A stretch of 64,000 nucleotides of DNA, from assembly GCF_001194135.2 (NCBI RefSeq), contig NC_068994.1, positions 8,568,465 through 8,632,464 on the forward strand. The letters run 5' to 3'. The notes below the pieces were generated by a model, which saw only the letters and a list, made by a program, of their open reading frames with translations, did not search any database and was not told the origin of the DNA. Each line of letters begins with the position of its first letter. Positions within the stretch are counted from its first letter, which is position 1. Origin of the DNA: Octopus bimaculoides (lineage: Eukaryota). Positions 12,776 through 25,424 of this stretch are shown here, one piece after another. The position numbers and the translations under genes are program-made.

Positions 12776-14263
12776 TAACTTAAATTGTGTGGAGTACCTT
12801 AAATGTCTTTACATCGTCACAAATAGAACGAATGCTGCAAGACGTTCTGTCCGCCGCTCTCATGATTTTCTTGTCGAGTGATTACGCAGAATATCTTTTA
12901 TTTGTTAGTAAATAAAAGTATTTTCGAAGAACAGGTAAACAGCTATGGCGGACATTTTCACGTCCTTGTATTGAATGAAAACACTTCAGTTGATATCAAT
13001 GAATTATTTGACTAATTCTGTGATAATTGATGTTGTTGAAGAAGATAGCTAATCTCTTCTGCTACTTGTTTTCGTTAGTCTCTTTCACACCCTCTCAATC
13101 TCTCTCACCGACTGCCGATTTCTTACTCCCATTCTCTGTCTCTCTCTCTCTTTCATTTACTCAATGTTGACATAGGTTACTCAACAACAATAATAAGCAA
13201 AATATCAACAATTGATGTAACCAAAGAAGCAGAAATGTTAAACTAACATCGCTGACGACGGCAACGACAACAAGAACAAAGACAAAGACACCAGCAGCAG
13301 CAGCAGCAGCAGCAGCAATAACAACAAAAAGCAGCAAAGTTGTGACATTTATCTAGATGCCAGCTGAATCTTTGTTGCAGAACTTGTTTGGCAACGTTTA
13401 AAACATCATGCGGTGTAAGACAAACAAACTAAATCCATCTGAACGAAAGAAATAATCAATTTAATATGGAAACAATGGAAATTTTGCATATGTTTGCGGC
13501 CTTGAGGCATCAAAAGTAATAAGTAATATCTACTTGATGCATGGAAGTGGTGGAACTACGCCAAACAAAATACTATTCTGCTTTCTACCGAATTAAACAA
13601 CGTTGAACTCCAATAGACTTTTCCTATCCCGTATTACACGACATCGTATTCTGTATTTAACTAAAGTGGTTTGGTTTTTCCTATTCTGTTATATTATCTT
13701 TTAAAATCTTTTAGTCAGGAAGGAAATCAATGCACATGATGACCTTCTTCAGGGTCCGCGACGCTAGTTGGAGTGAGCGTTGAGCATATAGTATCTCTAA
13801 GTACGAGGCTCGTCCCCGGTACTCGTAAAAAGTGTGCGTTGCGCTAAAAGCTCCAAAGGGGTTAGGTGTGACGCTAAACAGAATGATGGGTTAAATCCAT
13901 CACGCAACTTGGTTAAGGTGAGATTTGAAATTGAAACAAAAACAGCCAAAACAAATTTCGCAAATTCCTCCCGTCCAAGGTTCTTAGATCTCGGCTAATT
14001 CATTACCTTCTGTTGAACATGTTTAATGGACCACGAAGTGTAAATATATATACATATATATATAACATGCGATACCCTAAGTGGGATTTGAAATTGGTGA
14101 GCAGCAATTCGGAACAAATATTGCGAGGGATTTTCTTCAATTTTTGTTTACAACAAACGGACTGCATAAGACATGGCTCAACATTTGGTATTGATTCTAA
14201 CATTATAATGTTGGTCCTCAACATAAACGGCTGCATAAGAAGAAATAATACAAAGTAACTTTT

Positions 14264-14417
14264 CAGTTGTATATTTAAGAGATGAGGAATTATATACATT
14301 ATTTACATTTGACGGATATTTCTCCTCATTTTGAAAGCTGGCGAGTATATCAGCCGAAACGTTGTGTTAACAACAAACAAAATCAGGACAAATATCCGTC
14401 AAATGTAAATAATGTAA
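14264..14417. mobile_element. Internally deleted head-to-head pair of the hammerhead-bearing Penelope-like element (family D)
   Basis: Left: reverse-complement 3' tail (ttaagagatgaggaatt...tttacatttgacggatatt). Right: + copy cagccgaaacgttgtgttaacaacaaacaa...aatatccgtcaaatgtaaat lacking CTGATGA. Confidence 0.8.
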
Positions 14418-14739
14418 AGTAATTTTTCGTTAGGCATGACATTTAGATAGTCTCACGGGACGAAGGTTGACCATGATTGCTTTAACGATACTTAAAATGC
14501 AATTGCAGAAGGAGAAAGTTACACCCTATAATTCTTTATCTGTCCATTATTGGTTTTTCTGTTCTCCCATAGATATATATACTAGCTATAACTCAAATTC
14601 TTCTAAAGAGAAAATTTTACTGTTTCTAGAAGAAACCTCGTAAGATGCACCAAATAGGGAAAATATTTTCAGACTGAAAAATATTTTATAATTTTCACTG
14701 GTTTTCTTTTGACTGACAATGATTAGCCAATTGATTTAG

Positions 14740-14955
14740 GGCGGCGAGCTGGCAGAAACGTTAGCACGCCGGGCGAAATGCTTAGCGGCATTTCGTCTGT
14801 CTTTACGTTCTGTGTTCAAATTCCGCCGAGGTCGACTTTGCCTTTCATCCTTTCGGGGTCGATAAATTAAGTACCAGTTGCGTTCTGAGGTCGATCTAAT
14901 CGACTGACCCCTCCTCCAAAATTTCGGGCCTTGTGCCTAGAGTAAAAAAAGATTA
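14740..14955 (+). mobile_element. Full-length SINE family A (tRNA head; central domain resembling the MetaSINE/Sauria domain, from memory)
   Basis: ggcggcgagctggcagaaacgttagc...gttcaaattccgccgaggtcgactttgcctttcatcctttcggggtcgataaattaagtaccag. About 20 copies in the window. Confidence 0.92.
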
Positions 14956-15765
14956 GTCAAATAATTAATAAGTTCGTTTTGCAAGCATGAGATCCCGGAT
15001 TTGATTCCATCAATGGCGTCTTGTGTAACTCTGTTTTACAATAGCCTTGGATCAATCCAACTCTTTTTGGGTGATACTGAACAGACGGCAACTGTTTAAA
15101 ATCTCATCGGATGGATCGTATTTGTCTGTGGTATGCAGAGACACGAACACGACATGAGACCTAATCATTGGAAAAGATATCGTCGAAATGGAAAGAGATG
15201 AATTTAGAATGTTAAATTAATAAAAAGGCGTTAATATTATGCGATAGCAGGCAGTGAGCAAGTTAAATGTTCAGCGGCATTTCATTCATCTTTACGTTCT
15301 GTTATGACGTGCTTATACACGTCTGGTGTAAAATGGTATTACACAAATAAACAGTTGGCTGTGGTTATCTAAAAATAACCTATTGCAGAACGCACTCCGG
15401 ACTGCTCGAACGTCGGTGCGATATTACGATATTCACCGTTCAACTATTGACTGTTAACCTAACACTCGTCAAATGAATACGGTAAACCAACACTGTCGAA
15501 CTAACACGTTCTGAATTCAAATTCCGCCGAGGAATAAGTACCAGTTGAATTCTGTGGTTGATGAAATCGACTTAATCTCCTACGCCCACATTACTGGCTT
15601 TGTGCTAAAATTTAAAACTAATATTATGCAACGGTTGTGTTACGTGCAGACATAGGTGTGTGATTTAAAAAGTCGCATTGAGAGCACGTGTTTCGACTTC
15701 AGTCTTCTAGGAGAGCACATTGGTCAACTCGGTTTTACTATATCACTTGACCGCCCGATACATTT

Positions 15766-16021
15766 TAATTCCGCCGAGGTCGACTTTGCCGTTCATCATT
15801 TCGGGGTCGATAAATTAAGTACCAGTTGCGTACTGGGGTCAATTTAATCGACTGGCTCCTTTCCCCAAAATTTCGGACCTTGTGCCTAGAGTAGATTCGA
15901 ATTTAAAGCGGCGAGCTGGCAGAAACGTTAGCACACCGGGCGAAATGCTTAGCGGTATTTCGTCAGTTTTTATGTTCTGAGTTCAAATTCCGCCGAGGTC
16001 GACTTTGCCTTTCATCCTTTC
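15766..16021 (+). mobile_element. Two adjacent SINE family A copies (3' part 15766-15896; 5' part 15908-16021 running into a gap)
   Basis: Near-identical to 14740-14955. A decayed family C head precedes them at about 15647-15750. Confidence 0.88.
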
Positions 16022-17300
16022 NNNNNNNNNNNNNNNNNNNNNNNNNNNNNNNNNNNNNNNNNNNNNNNNNNNNNNNNNNNNNNNNNNNNNNNNNNNNNNN
16101 NNNNNNNNNNNNNNNNNNNNNNNNNNNNNNNNNNNNNNNNNNNNNNNNNNNNNNNNNNNNNNNNNNNNNNNNNNNNNNNNNNNNNNNNNNNNNNNNNNNN
16201 NNNNNNNNNNNNNNNNNNNNNNNNNNNNNNNNNNNNNNNNNNNNNNNNNNNNNNNNNNNNNNNNNNNNNNNNNNNNNNNNNNNNNNNNNNNNNNNNNNNN
16301 NNNNNNNNNNNNNNNNNNNNNNNNNNNNNNNNNNNNNNNNNNNNNNNNNNNNNNNNNNNNNNNNNNNNNNNNNNNNNNNNNNNNNNNNNNNNNNNNNNNN
16401 NNNNNNNNNNNNNNNNNNNNNNNNNNNNNNNNNNNNNNNNNNNCACACACGTACATATACACATATATATATATACATGTATATAATTGGATGTATATAT
16501 AAGTGTTTGTGTGTGTGTGCGTATATATACACGCACAAATACACACACCTGCGGGCGCGCACACACGTGTATATATATGTGTGTGTACGTGTGTGTGTAT
16601 GTATGAAAAATGAGATNNNNNNNNNNAAACGGTGTGATGAATATATATATATACACATACACAGAACAGTTAAATACATACATACATACATATATACATA
16701 TATATACACACACATATATAGATACACGCACACAGACATACATGCGCGCGCATATATATGTGTTCGTGTGTGTGCGTATATATATACACGCACAAATACA
16801 CACACCTGCGGGCGCGCACACACGTGTATATATATGTGTNNNNNNNNNNGACATACATGCGCGCGCATATATATGTGTTCGTGTGTGTGCGTATATATAT
16901 ACACGCACAAATACACACACCTGCGGGCGCGCACACACGTGTATATATATGTGTGTGTACGTGTGTGTGTATGTATGAAAAATGAGATAAAGCATAAACT
17001 ACAAAAACTAGAGTTATAAAATAGATGGTTACGAACAAGATGAAAGCTGGTACTTCATGCGTTTAATGCTACATAAGTATCTAAGCGAATTTCCAATGGA
17101 AATTGATAAGTTTGTAGTAGCCTTGAATGACATATTTGAAATGAAATTGTCATGAACGAACAAAGCGGCCAGGTTGTCAGGAAATAGAAATTGTGCAATT
17201 TCGTATGGAGATGTAAGACGTTTTAGGATATTTCATTAACGGAGAGAACAACGGCACACAGAAACAAACGCATATACGTGTGTGTGTGTGTGTGTATGTG

Positions 17301-17361
<61 letters not shown>

Positions 17362-17679
17362 GAAGACAGAGTGAAAGAGAGTGAGAAACGGAGAGGGAGA
17401 AAAAGGAGGGATAACTCTGTTCTTGTGTGTAATCTATAATGGAGATTAATGGTAGTTAATAATAATGTAGAAAAACTGAAGCGAAATGCTTCATAATTTC
17501 AAACCCGCTGACTTGCATCTATCTGTATTGTGCTTCAGGGAAAGGGTAACAACCATTTTTGAGTCGTAGTTTATCATTCTGACAGAGCTAGCTACCTCTT
17601 CTAATAGTGTTACCATTTTCTTTCCTCCTTTCTTTTTTGTTTTCTTTCTTTTGTCTTTTTCTATTCTTCTTTTGACAAG

Positions 17680-17715
17680 TTGCTTTACTAAAGAAGAGAT
17701 ATATCTACCAGTCCA
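17680..17715 (+). CDS. Candidate 36-nt in-frame micro-exon
   Basis: A ~60-nt polypyrimidine tract ends in caAG and the donor is CCA|gtaagc. Two frames are open. The acceptor is the less common AAG, and no homology is recognised. Confidence 0.2.
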
Positions 17716-17797
17716 GTAAGCATTCCTCTGGATTTAACCACTGTTTCTAATATCTAACTGTAGTTATTTGAGTTCCGTGATCAGATTAGAAATTAAG

Positions 17798-18060
17798 CAT
17801 TTGAACTAAAAACTTAAAGACAGACAAAATAGTGCTAAGCATTTTGTCCAGCGTGCTAACGATTCTACCAGCTCTCCGCCTTCTCTAACCTTTCTATTGT
17901 AGATACAAGTCCTGGAATTTGTGGGGAGGGAGGTAGTCTATTATATCGACGCCAGTGTTTCTTTGGTACTTAATTTATTGTCCCTGAGAGCCTGAAATGC
18001 AAAGTTGAACTCGGCGGAATACTGCTAAGCTTTTCGTCCAATGTGCTAACGATTCTGCCT
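17798..18060 (-). mobile_element. Two degenerate SINE family A fragments
   Basis: gctaagcattttgtccagcgtgctaacgattct occurs twice, along with aaagttgaactcggcggaat. Confidence 0.7.
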
Positions 18061-18182
18061 CGTTCGTGAGAGCAGTCCAATTTATTTCAGATATTCTCAT
18101 TCTAAAAGTCATCTCGGACTAATCGTTGAGTGGACGTTGGTGTTGCCTTGGCGGAGTTTTGCGCTCTGTGAATGCTCGTTTA
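18061..18182 (-). mobile_element. 5' end of an interspersed non-autonomous element (family E; Crypton-like by recall)
   Basis: Reverse complement of 32296-32415 (aacaagagcactca...cctccgccaaggcaacac.aacgtcc.ctcaacgattag...aaaatgagaatatct). Confidence 0.7.
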
Positions 18183-18185
18183 TAA

Positions 18186-18325
18186 GACGCATGGCCAAGG
18201 ACTTAGAGTAATGCACCCAGAATTCTGAGATCATGATTTCGATTCCCGGATCGGGAGGTGCATTGTTTTCTTCAGCAAAACTCATTTCATTTTGCTTTAT
18301 TTTACTCAGCTGTAGATGAGTAACG
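18186..18325 (+). mobile_element. Degenerate SINE family H
   Basis: gcatggccaagg.cttag...tttcgattcccgg...gcattgttttcttcagcaaaac...cagctgtagatgagta. Confidence 0.55.
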
Positions 18326-18895
18326 TTGAGACAGAATGGCCCTCTGTTAAGGAACGGATGCTATACTTTCGCTCAGTTATACGCCATAGGTGTGGACACC
18401 AAGCCAACAGTCACATCATTTGCGCGCTTCAACAATGTGGAGTAGCGCATTGAACCTGCGGTGTATAAGAACGACCGACAGTCTGCTCGAAACAGTAATA
18501 TATTTTCGCCTTTGGCTTAATGTTAGCAACGCTGTTTTGTCAACTCAAATGTCTAATTGGAAACATCGATTATTTAATTTTATTCATTGTTTGTTTGTTT
18601 CTTTTACTTAAAATCGATTTTCGTGTTTGAAAATAATCAAGGCCGTGTTTGTTTTGTAGTTGAGGCTGTTGCGAGCAGATGTTCTTGTCAGCGGGCATCA
18701 TCCCATTAAAACATTTATGCCAGCGGTTTGTAACGTGCGCGGACACACACACACACACACACACACACGCTCTCCCCTCTTTCTTTCTCTCTCTCTCTCT
18801 CTCTCCTACTCTCTCTCACATACACACAAACCACAACACGTGCGCGCGCACACGCTCGCACGCACGCACATGCACATGTATTTGTGCATGATCTA

Positions 18896-19023
18896 CAGGG
18901 TGTCCACAAAGTCTTGGTTCCATGGAGATTAACACATACTTTAAGAAATTATTATTTCTTATATTTAATTGTTTATGTTATGATTTTATTTACTCCGTGT
19001 ACCCAGACCTTGTGGACACCCTG
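18896..19023. mobile_element. 128-bp Tc1/mariner-type MITE
   Basis: Terminal inverted repeats CAGGGTGTCCACAAAGTC and gaccttgtggacaccctg (1 mismatch in 18 bp, extending imperfectly to about 30 bp). TA flanks both ends (18894-18895, 19024-19025) and the core is AT-rich. Confidence 0.88.
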
Positions 19024-19479
19024 TATAAAGACATCTTAGGGAGAACCTTTGTTGCAGCTCCGATTACGTGGTACGTCTTCAAGCACTCTGAAAGCTTTCG
19101 GCTAGCATAACTAAAAAAAGACCCCTAATTTTCGCAATTGCTAACCTTGGGAAAATCTCTCTGCTAATATTATATTTGACATACTTGTAATTTGGACACA
19201 TGCAGTCAACATGGACAGTGAGATGAACCACTTGGTCTTGGCAAAATGCGTCAGTATAAAAACATGAAGACATGGAAAGCGGCAGAAGAACAAACATAGT
19301 TTAAATGTTACTCGTTGCTATCACAAGAACGTTATAAAGACACCCACTTTACATTCTGAAGTTAAGAGATCTTGTTAAAGGTGGCTAGTGTAATTTATTT
19401 AGTAATTTGTGCATAGCGATATGATGGTATATGATGCTGGCTTTCTTGAGTTACAATAATAATATTGAAGACGACACTA

Positions 19480-19672
19480 AAGGAACAAGACCTGAAATGA
19501 GGAGAATAGTCGATTAGATTCACCCCAGTACGCTAATGGTACTCAATTCATCGACCACGAAAGAATGAAAGGCAAAATCGACCTCGGCGGAATTTGAACT
19601 CAGAACGTAAAGACAGACGAAATACCGCTAAGCATTTCGCTCGGCGTGCTAACGTTTCTGCCAACTCGCCAC
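19480..19672 (-). mobile_element. SINE family A
   Basis: Clear reverse copy abutting a (TAG)n/(TAC)n microsatellite. Confidence 0.88.
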
Positions 19673-19849
19673 TTTAGTAGTAGTAGTAGTTGTACTACTA
19701 CTACCACTACTACTATAACTACTAAAAGGTAATGATGATGATGATAATAATAATAATAGGACGAGGGAGAATGATAATATTTTTGAGTGCGACATAGGGA
19801 AAAGAAGGGCTGCATAAAAGCTGAATGCGTCCTGTTTCTTACCAACTAC

Positions 19850-20590
19850 AGGAGTAATTAGAAAAGGTGAAGAAAATATGTGACAACTATGTAGAAAGAC
19901 GAGTAATTGGAACGCTTGCTGGACCTGAAGGTATTCAGAATATTGGATAAAGAAGCTAATAAGGTGCCAGCAATGAATAACAGAACAGTTTAATGCAGTG
20001 CTGAGCGGAATTGAAGAGAATCCTGATTGAATAACTACTGGACGAACAGTAATAGGCTAGAAGGGTGTTTTAAAAGGAAATGTTAAGGATATAATTACAG
20101 AGCCATATCAGGCCTCCAACTGATATGGAAGCTGCTCACTAGAATGATCGCTGATGGAATATGAACCTTTCTTGATGATAACGGAATTTTCTCTGTTGTG
20201 CAGGAAGGTTTTAAATGGAGTTATAGGGAACTAAAGACCGGTTACTTCAAAGATAAATGATGATGAAAGATTTTAAGCAAAGGAAGGCAAATTTAGCAGT
20301 GGTTTGGATAGAATACTGCAACGCCTATGACGTGATAATGTATTTGTGAGCCATTGAAGGCTTGAACATACTTGGGATTGCAAAGAATATCAAGAATTAC
20401 TTCGAGAAAAAGCACGGAAGCCTAGAAGATTGAGCTCAAATCTTATGGACGGAACTTAGGAATGTTAAATATCAAAAGAGAGATATTTCAAAGAGACAAC
20501 ATGTCTCCTTTACTCGTTGTTTTATTTATGATCATTTTGACACAGATATTAAGAGAAGAAACTAAGAGATGAAACATCTAAGAGAAGTGT
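19850..20590 (+). pseudogene. Decayed non-LTR retrotransposon RT fragment, R4/Dong-like clade
   Basis: Manual translation across stops and frameshifts gives NYRAISGLQLIWKLLTRMIADG ... NIKREIFQRDNMSPLLVVLFMI. This corresponds to the NYRPIxCLxxxWKLLT and RGIFQGDSLSPLLF motifs of R4/Dong RTs. Confidence 0.8.
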
Positions 20591-20852
20591 GGCGATATTG
20601 CATCCAAACTGGTACAAGAAATTTTGAGTAAGAGCAGCTTCGGTAGATAATAAAGGCCGAAACATGAATGAGTCATGGTCATGACCCCCATCAGACCAAA
20701 GCGTAGATAGTTGCCCTAAATGTGCCAGAATCTTTTATATGGATACCGAGACATGTAAGAAGACCACAAATATGACTCGGATGCTTGTGACAGAGTAGAC
20801 CCCACGCCAATTCAACCAAGGTGTTAGATGGTAGCGTTAATAACTGATTAGT

Positions 20853-21483
20853 TATCCTTTTCTACTCTTGGGACAAGGCCCGAAAATTTTGTTGAGGGGG
20901 CCAGTCGATTAGATCGACCCCAGTACTTAACTGGTACTTAATTTATCGCCCCCCCCCAAAGGATGAAAGGTAAAGTCGACCTCGGCGGAATTTGAACTCA
21001 GAACGTAAAGACCGAAATACCGTCAAGCGTTTCTCCCGGCGTTGCTAACGTTTCTTATTTCTTTATTGCCCACAAGGGGTTAAATATAGAGGGGACAGAC
21101 AAAGGGATTTAGTCGATTACATCGAACCCAGAGCGTAACTGGTACTTAATGTATCGACCCCGAAAGGATGAAAGGCAAAATCGACCTCGGCGGAATTTGA
21201 ACTCAGAACGTAACGGCAAACGAAATGCCGCTAAGCATTTTGACCGGTGTGCTAACGTTTCTTATTTCTTTATTGCCCACAATGAGCTACACACAGAGGG
21301 CACAAACAAACGGATTAAGTCGATTATATCGACCCCAGTGCGTAACTGGTACTTATTTAATCGACCCCCAAAAGGATGAAAGGCAAAGTCGACCTCGGCA
21401 GAATTTGAACTCAGAACATAACGGCAGACGAAATACCGCTAAGCATTTCGCCCGGCGTGCTAACGTTTTTGCCAGTTCGCCGC
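20853..21483 (-). mobile_element. Head-to-tail trimer of SINE family A
   Basis: Three bodies joined at the identical junction gctaacg|tttcttatttcttt (21050/21051 and 21257/21258). Only the rightmost copy keeps the 5' head. Confidence 0.92.
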
Positions 21484-22779
21484 TTTGACTGGCTGGTTAT
21501 TCAATATAATTCGATACATGTTTACTAATATGTACAAGTTCTCCTGTAGTGTATGGAAGAACATTTTGGCTGTATCTTTAAATTAAAAATATTCTAAATA
21601 ACAGTTATATGTTACTGTGTTATTTAAATAACACAATGACCATTTACAACACAAATATATCTTTATAGTCATTATGTCTAATGTTCTTGTCAAGATAATT
21701 GAAGAATTAGTTGTTAAGAGTTTTGTAAATTAGCACTGGACAACTAGATGTTAGTGGATCAGGAATTCTTATTCTCCAGTGTATTTTTGTTCAAATTAAA
21801 GATACTTCATTCAGTGTAAATGGAAGTAAGGCAACGAGAAGAAAAGGATAATGAGAAGCGCACATACGCGCACACACACAGGCACACACATATACTATAT
21901 GTATGTATGTACATATAAATAAAGAAAGAGATAGGCAGGTAGGTGGCTTGATAGACAGATAGATAAACAGATACATACAAAAATACATATATACAAACAT
22001 ATATACATACGTACGTACGTCCATCTATTCATTTATCCATTCGTCTATACATACATACATACATACATGCATACATACATACATACATAAATGCATATAT
22101 AGACAACTCTGGACAACTGCTTCGAAACCTCCAGCTTCTTTCTATATCCTTACTATCGATTCACAGTCATACCAATAATATTGTGAGTAAATACTAAAGT
22201 GATTACTTCGAGAAGCTATGTTTTTCAGAAAATAAATTCGACCAGAGTTGATTCGCACATTACAAATACAATCCGTAAATAGAACAGTAAAATATGCAAG
22301 AGTCATCGCAATTATAAATATGACATTGGTTTTGCTATCTGCATTGTTAGAAACCAGCTCCTTCGTCCTGCATTTATTTGTAAAGTTAAAGAAGTTATTA
22401 AAAATTGAAATCCGCCAGTGACTTTTGGGACACGCTATACACACACACAGACACACACACACACACGCGTGTATGTATGTATATTTTGTCAATGTGTACG
22501 AATAACAATGAAAAATAAATTAAATATGTCTTTTCGAAACGTATGTTGGAAGTATAAAATGATTTGAATAACACCTGCGTTTGATTCCATTTCTTAATTT
22601 ATGCATATATGCATATATATATATGTGTGTGTGTGTGTGTGTAGATAAACGGTGTTACAAAATGGCTGTTATGATTCTGTTCCTAAGCACAACTATGTAT
22701 AATGTCACTTGTCAAATAAATACACATCTGAAGAAATTATTCAATATGGATCCAATGGACGCAGACGTGAAAGTAGCTT

Positions 22780-23420
22780 ATTACTGGAATGTTCTAATAT
22801 TAGGAAATAAAGCCGAGCCATAACTGAATCTAGCAACAGTGGGAAGCATTAATTGAAGCCTTGTGTGGTTAGAATATGAAAAACGCGTTTGATGTATCCC
22901 GATTTTATGGACGTTCTAAATGCTAACTATGGGGTAGGTATCTCACAAGATAACTAACTATACTAAATATTACAATGAGATGATAGAGAATAAAGATATA
23001 CCTGAATGACAGAAGAAAAGCATGGAAGGATAAAATCTAAAAATAAATCCTCGCTAATGGAGGAACTTTACAACGTTTGAATAATATCAGGAACCGAAGT
23101 AGGTCATAAAACCATTGTTTATAATGGAATGCATGCAAAAATAATATTAACAAAAACAAAAAATCTATAGATAATAACCACTTGAGCAACATATAAAGAG
23201 ATCACGGTATTTAGTAGGGATATTTGTATAGAAATGGCAGAAAACACATATGGATAGGATACACCAAAGTGAAGTATGTCTACGAAGAGATGAGATAAAT
23301 AAATGGCGAGAGAAATATAATGATATCAAAAACAAAATATAAGACAAGAGTAAACTTGAAGAAATAATAGAAGATCATTGGATATATTCTAGAATGGATG
23401 TGGAACATCTGAACATAATA
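22780..23420 (+). pseudogene. Possible very old LINE RT relic
   Basis: Purine-rich with a faint LVWLEYEK motif resembling IDYEKAFD. Weak. Confidence 0.2.
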
Positions 23421-23592
23421 TTAGAGTTGCATGTCAGGCCAGTGTTCATGACAGACCGATTTTTTAAGAATAAAGAGACTTTAAAACTAACATTAGCTTA
23501 GGCATCTCTCTCTTTTTCTGTCTTGCTATATATCAATTTATTTGTCTATCCATCGACATATACGTGCGTGTCTTTAAGACGTATAAACATAA

Positions 23593-23810
23593 GGCGGTGA
23601 TCTAGCAGAATGGTTAGCGCACTGGACAGGACAAAACGCTCAGCGCCATTTCGTCTGACTTTAAGTTTTGATTTCAAATACCACCGAGGACTACTTCGAC
23701 TTTTATCATTTTGGGGGTCGATAAAAAAAAAGTACCAGTTAAGCATGTGGGTCAATGTTAAGGACTTATTCCCTCCTCTAAATTTGCAGGCCTTATGCCA
23801 AACATTAATA
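23593..23810 (+). mobile_element. Diverged SINE family A
   Basis: ggcggtgatctagcagaatggttagc...gggggtcgataaaaaa..gtaccagtt...gcaggccttatgccaaa. Confidence 0.75.
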
Positions 23811-24067
23811 CCAATACCAAACATTAATACCATCATGTAATCGATTCCCCCTTGCTAAGTATTTAGCCCGGCGTGCTAACGTTTCTGCCAGCTGGCTACC
23901 TTAAACGACCCAGACATCCCACTTCTTGCAAATGTATAACACACACACACACACACACACACACGAAAGATGGTGACAAGAGAGTTAAGCAAGTACGTCA
24001 ATGACCCCTTTCAAAAACTATGGAAATTACACCGTTTTCTGTTTTTTTTCATATTTTCTTTTTACTG

Positions 24068-24299
24068 GGCGGCGAGTTGGCAGAAACGTTAGCACGCCGG
24101 GCGAAATGCCTAGCGGTATTTCGTCTGCCGTTACCGTCTGAGTTCAAATTCCGCCCAAGTCGAATCTGCCTTTTATCCTTTTGAGGTCGATTAAATAAGT
24201 ATCACTTACGCAATGGGGTCGACGTAATCGACTTAATCCCTTTGTCTGTCCTTGTTTGTCCCCTCTATGTTTAGCCCCCTATGGGCAATAAAGAAATAA
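24068..24299 (+). mobile_element. Full-length SINE family A with target-site duplication
   Basis: 12-bp duplication atattttctttt at 24051-24062 and 24300-24311. The tail is gggcaataaagaaataa. Confidence 0.92.
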
Positions 24300-25092
24300 A
24301 TATTTTCTTTTCATAACAATATATTGATTGATATCCATAACACTGTTTTAAAACGCTAATAATTTCGGTTATATCTTAGATGTCGTTCCATAGATGGAAT
24401 AGCTTGTAGCGTGAGATACTGCTCAAACGGTTTCCATAATGTAAAAGATTCCAATTATGCTTTAGATTTACTTACGCAGTTAAGATTGTCCAAAGTGAAA
24501 AAGGGTCATATTATAACGTTAGAGATTACGATTGCTTTTTTCATTTCCTTCCTTAGCAGAAACTATTTAAAGCGGAAAGTATAACAGTCGAACGGTTTTC
24601 TTATTACTTCAAGGTTTTTGTTATTACGGCACCCATTACGTTCCATAGCTAAGATTAATTAAAAACCTTAACCCTCTCTCGAACACAAAATGGAATAAGC
24701 AGAATTGTTTATACCCCCACACACACATACACACACACACATACATGTGTGTGTGTAGGTGTGTGCATATTTAAAATACATCACTGACCTACATATGTTA
24801 CAGTTAACGGTTAGAAACATATAACGGCACAATATAGCAGTCAGAGACATGACTGTATACATTTAATGTATATTGTATTAAAATAAGAGCTAGTAATAGT
24901 TTCTTACCATTGAGACACGTGTTTAAGCACATTTTGATGACGCTCCTTTTGTCTTCAAGCAATTTTGAGGCTTTGGACACATGGTTTGCTCTAGGACAGG
25001 GAATACTTTTTGTTGATCCTACTTCAAGGGAACGGTAAACTATATGTCTATATTATTTACATTTGATATTTGTCCGCATCTTGTTTGTTGTT

Positions 25093-25138
25093 AACACAAC
25101 GTTTCGGCTGATATACGCTCCAGCCTTCATCAGGTGTC
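25093..25138 (-). ncRNA. Minimal type I hammerhead ribozyme with intact core
   Basis: Minus strand reads GACAC-CUGAUGA-A-GGCUG(gagcguauau)CAGCC-GAA-ACGU-U-GUGUU. Stem I is 5 bp, stem II is 5 bp, stem III is the palindrome ACGU and the cleavage triplet is GUU. Confidence 0.82.
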
Positions 25139-25190
25139 TTGGAGAAATTTCGAACCTGGGAATGAGAACCCAGGTTCGAAATTTCCCCAA

Positions 25191-25236
25191 GACACCTGAT
25201 GAAGGCTGGAGGGTATACCAGCTGAAACGTTGTGTT
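25191..25236 (+). ncRNA. Minimal type I hammerhead ribozyme (G10.1-U11.1 wobble variant)
   Basis: gacac ctgatga a ggctg gagggtatac cagct gaaa cgtt gtgtt. Confidence 0.78.
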
Positions 25237-25357
25237 AACAACAAACAAGATGAGGACAAATATCCGTCAAATGTAAATAATATAAATAATGTACATAATT
25301 CCTCATCTCTTAAATATAGAACTGTACTATATCTCAATGTAACTGTGTGTGTGAGAG

Positions 25358-25388
<31 letters not shown>

Positions 25389-25424
25389 CTGTGTGTGTGA
25401 AAGGGAGTGAGTGAGTGTGTGTCT

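Larger units (their letters stand above)
25052..25325. mobile_element. Palindromic head-to-head pair of hammerhead-bearing Penelope-like element (family D)
   Basis: Inverted arms of about 110 bp (25052-25160 and 25169-25282) around an 8-nt spacer aatgagaa. The right arm continues into the tail to about 25325. Confidence 0.9.

Noticed and set aside
13735-13756. ccctgaagaagg on the minus strand, resembling a Penelope hammerhead start
   Set aside because: No downstream GAAA or stem I partner.
16444-16986. Apparent ~100-bp tandem repeat in three copies
   Set aside because: The copies are separated by ~10-N gaps and are near identical, so this is probably an assembly artefact. The same applies at 31840-31890 and 36484-36741.
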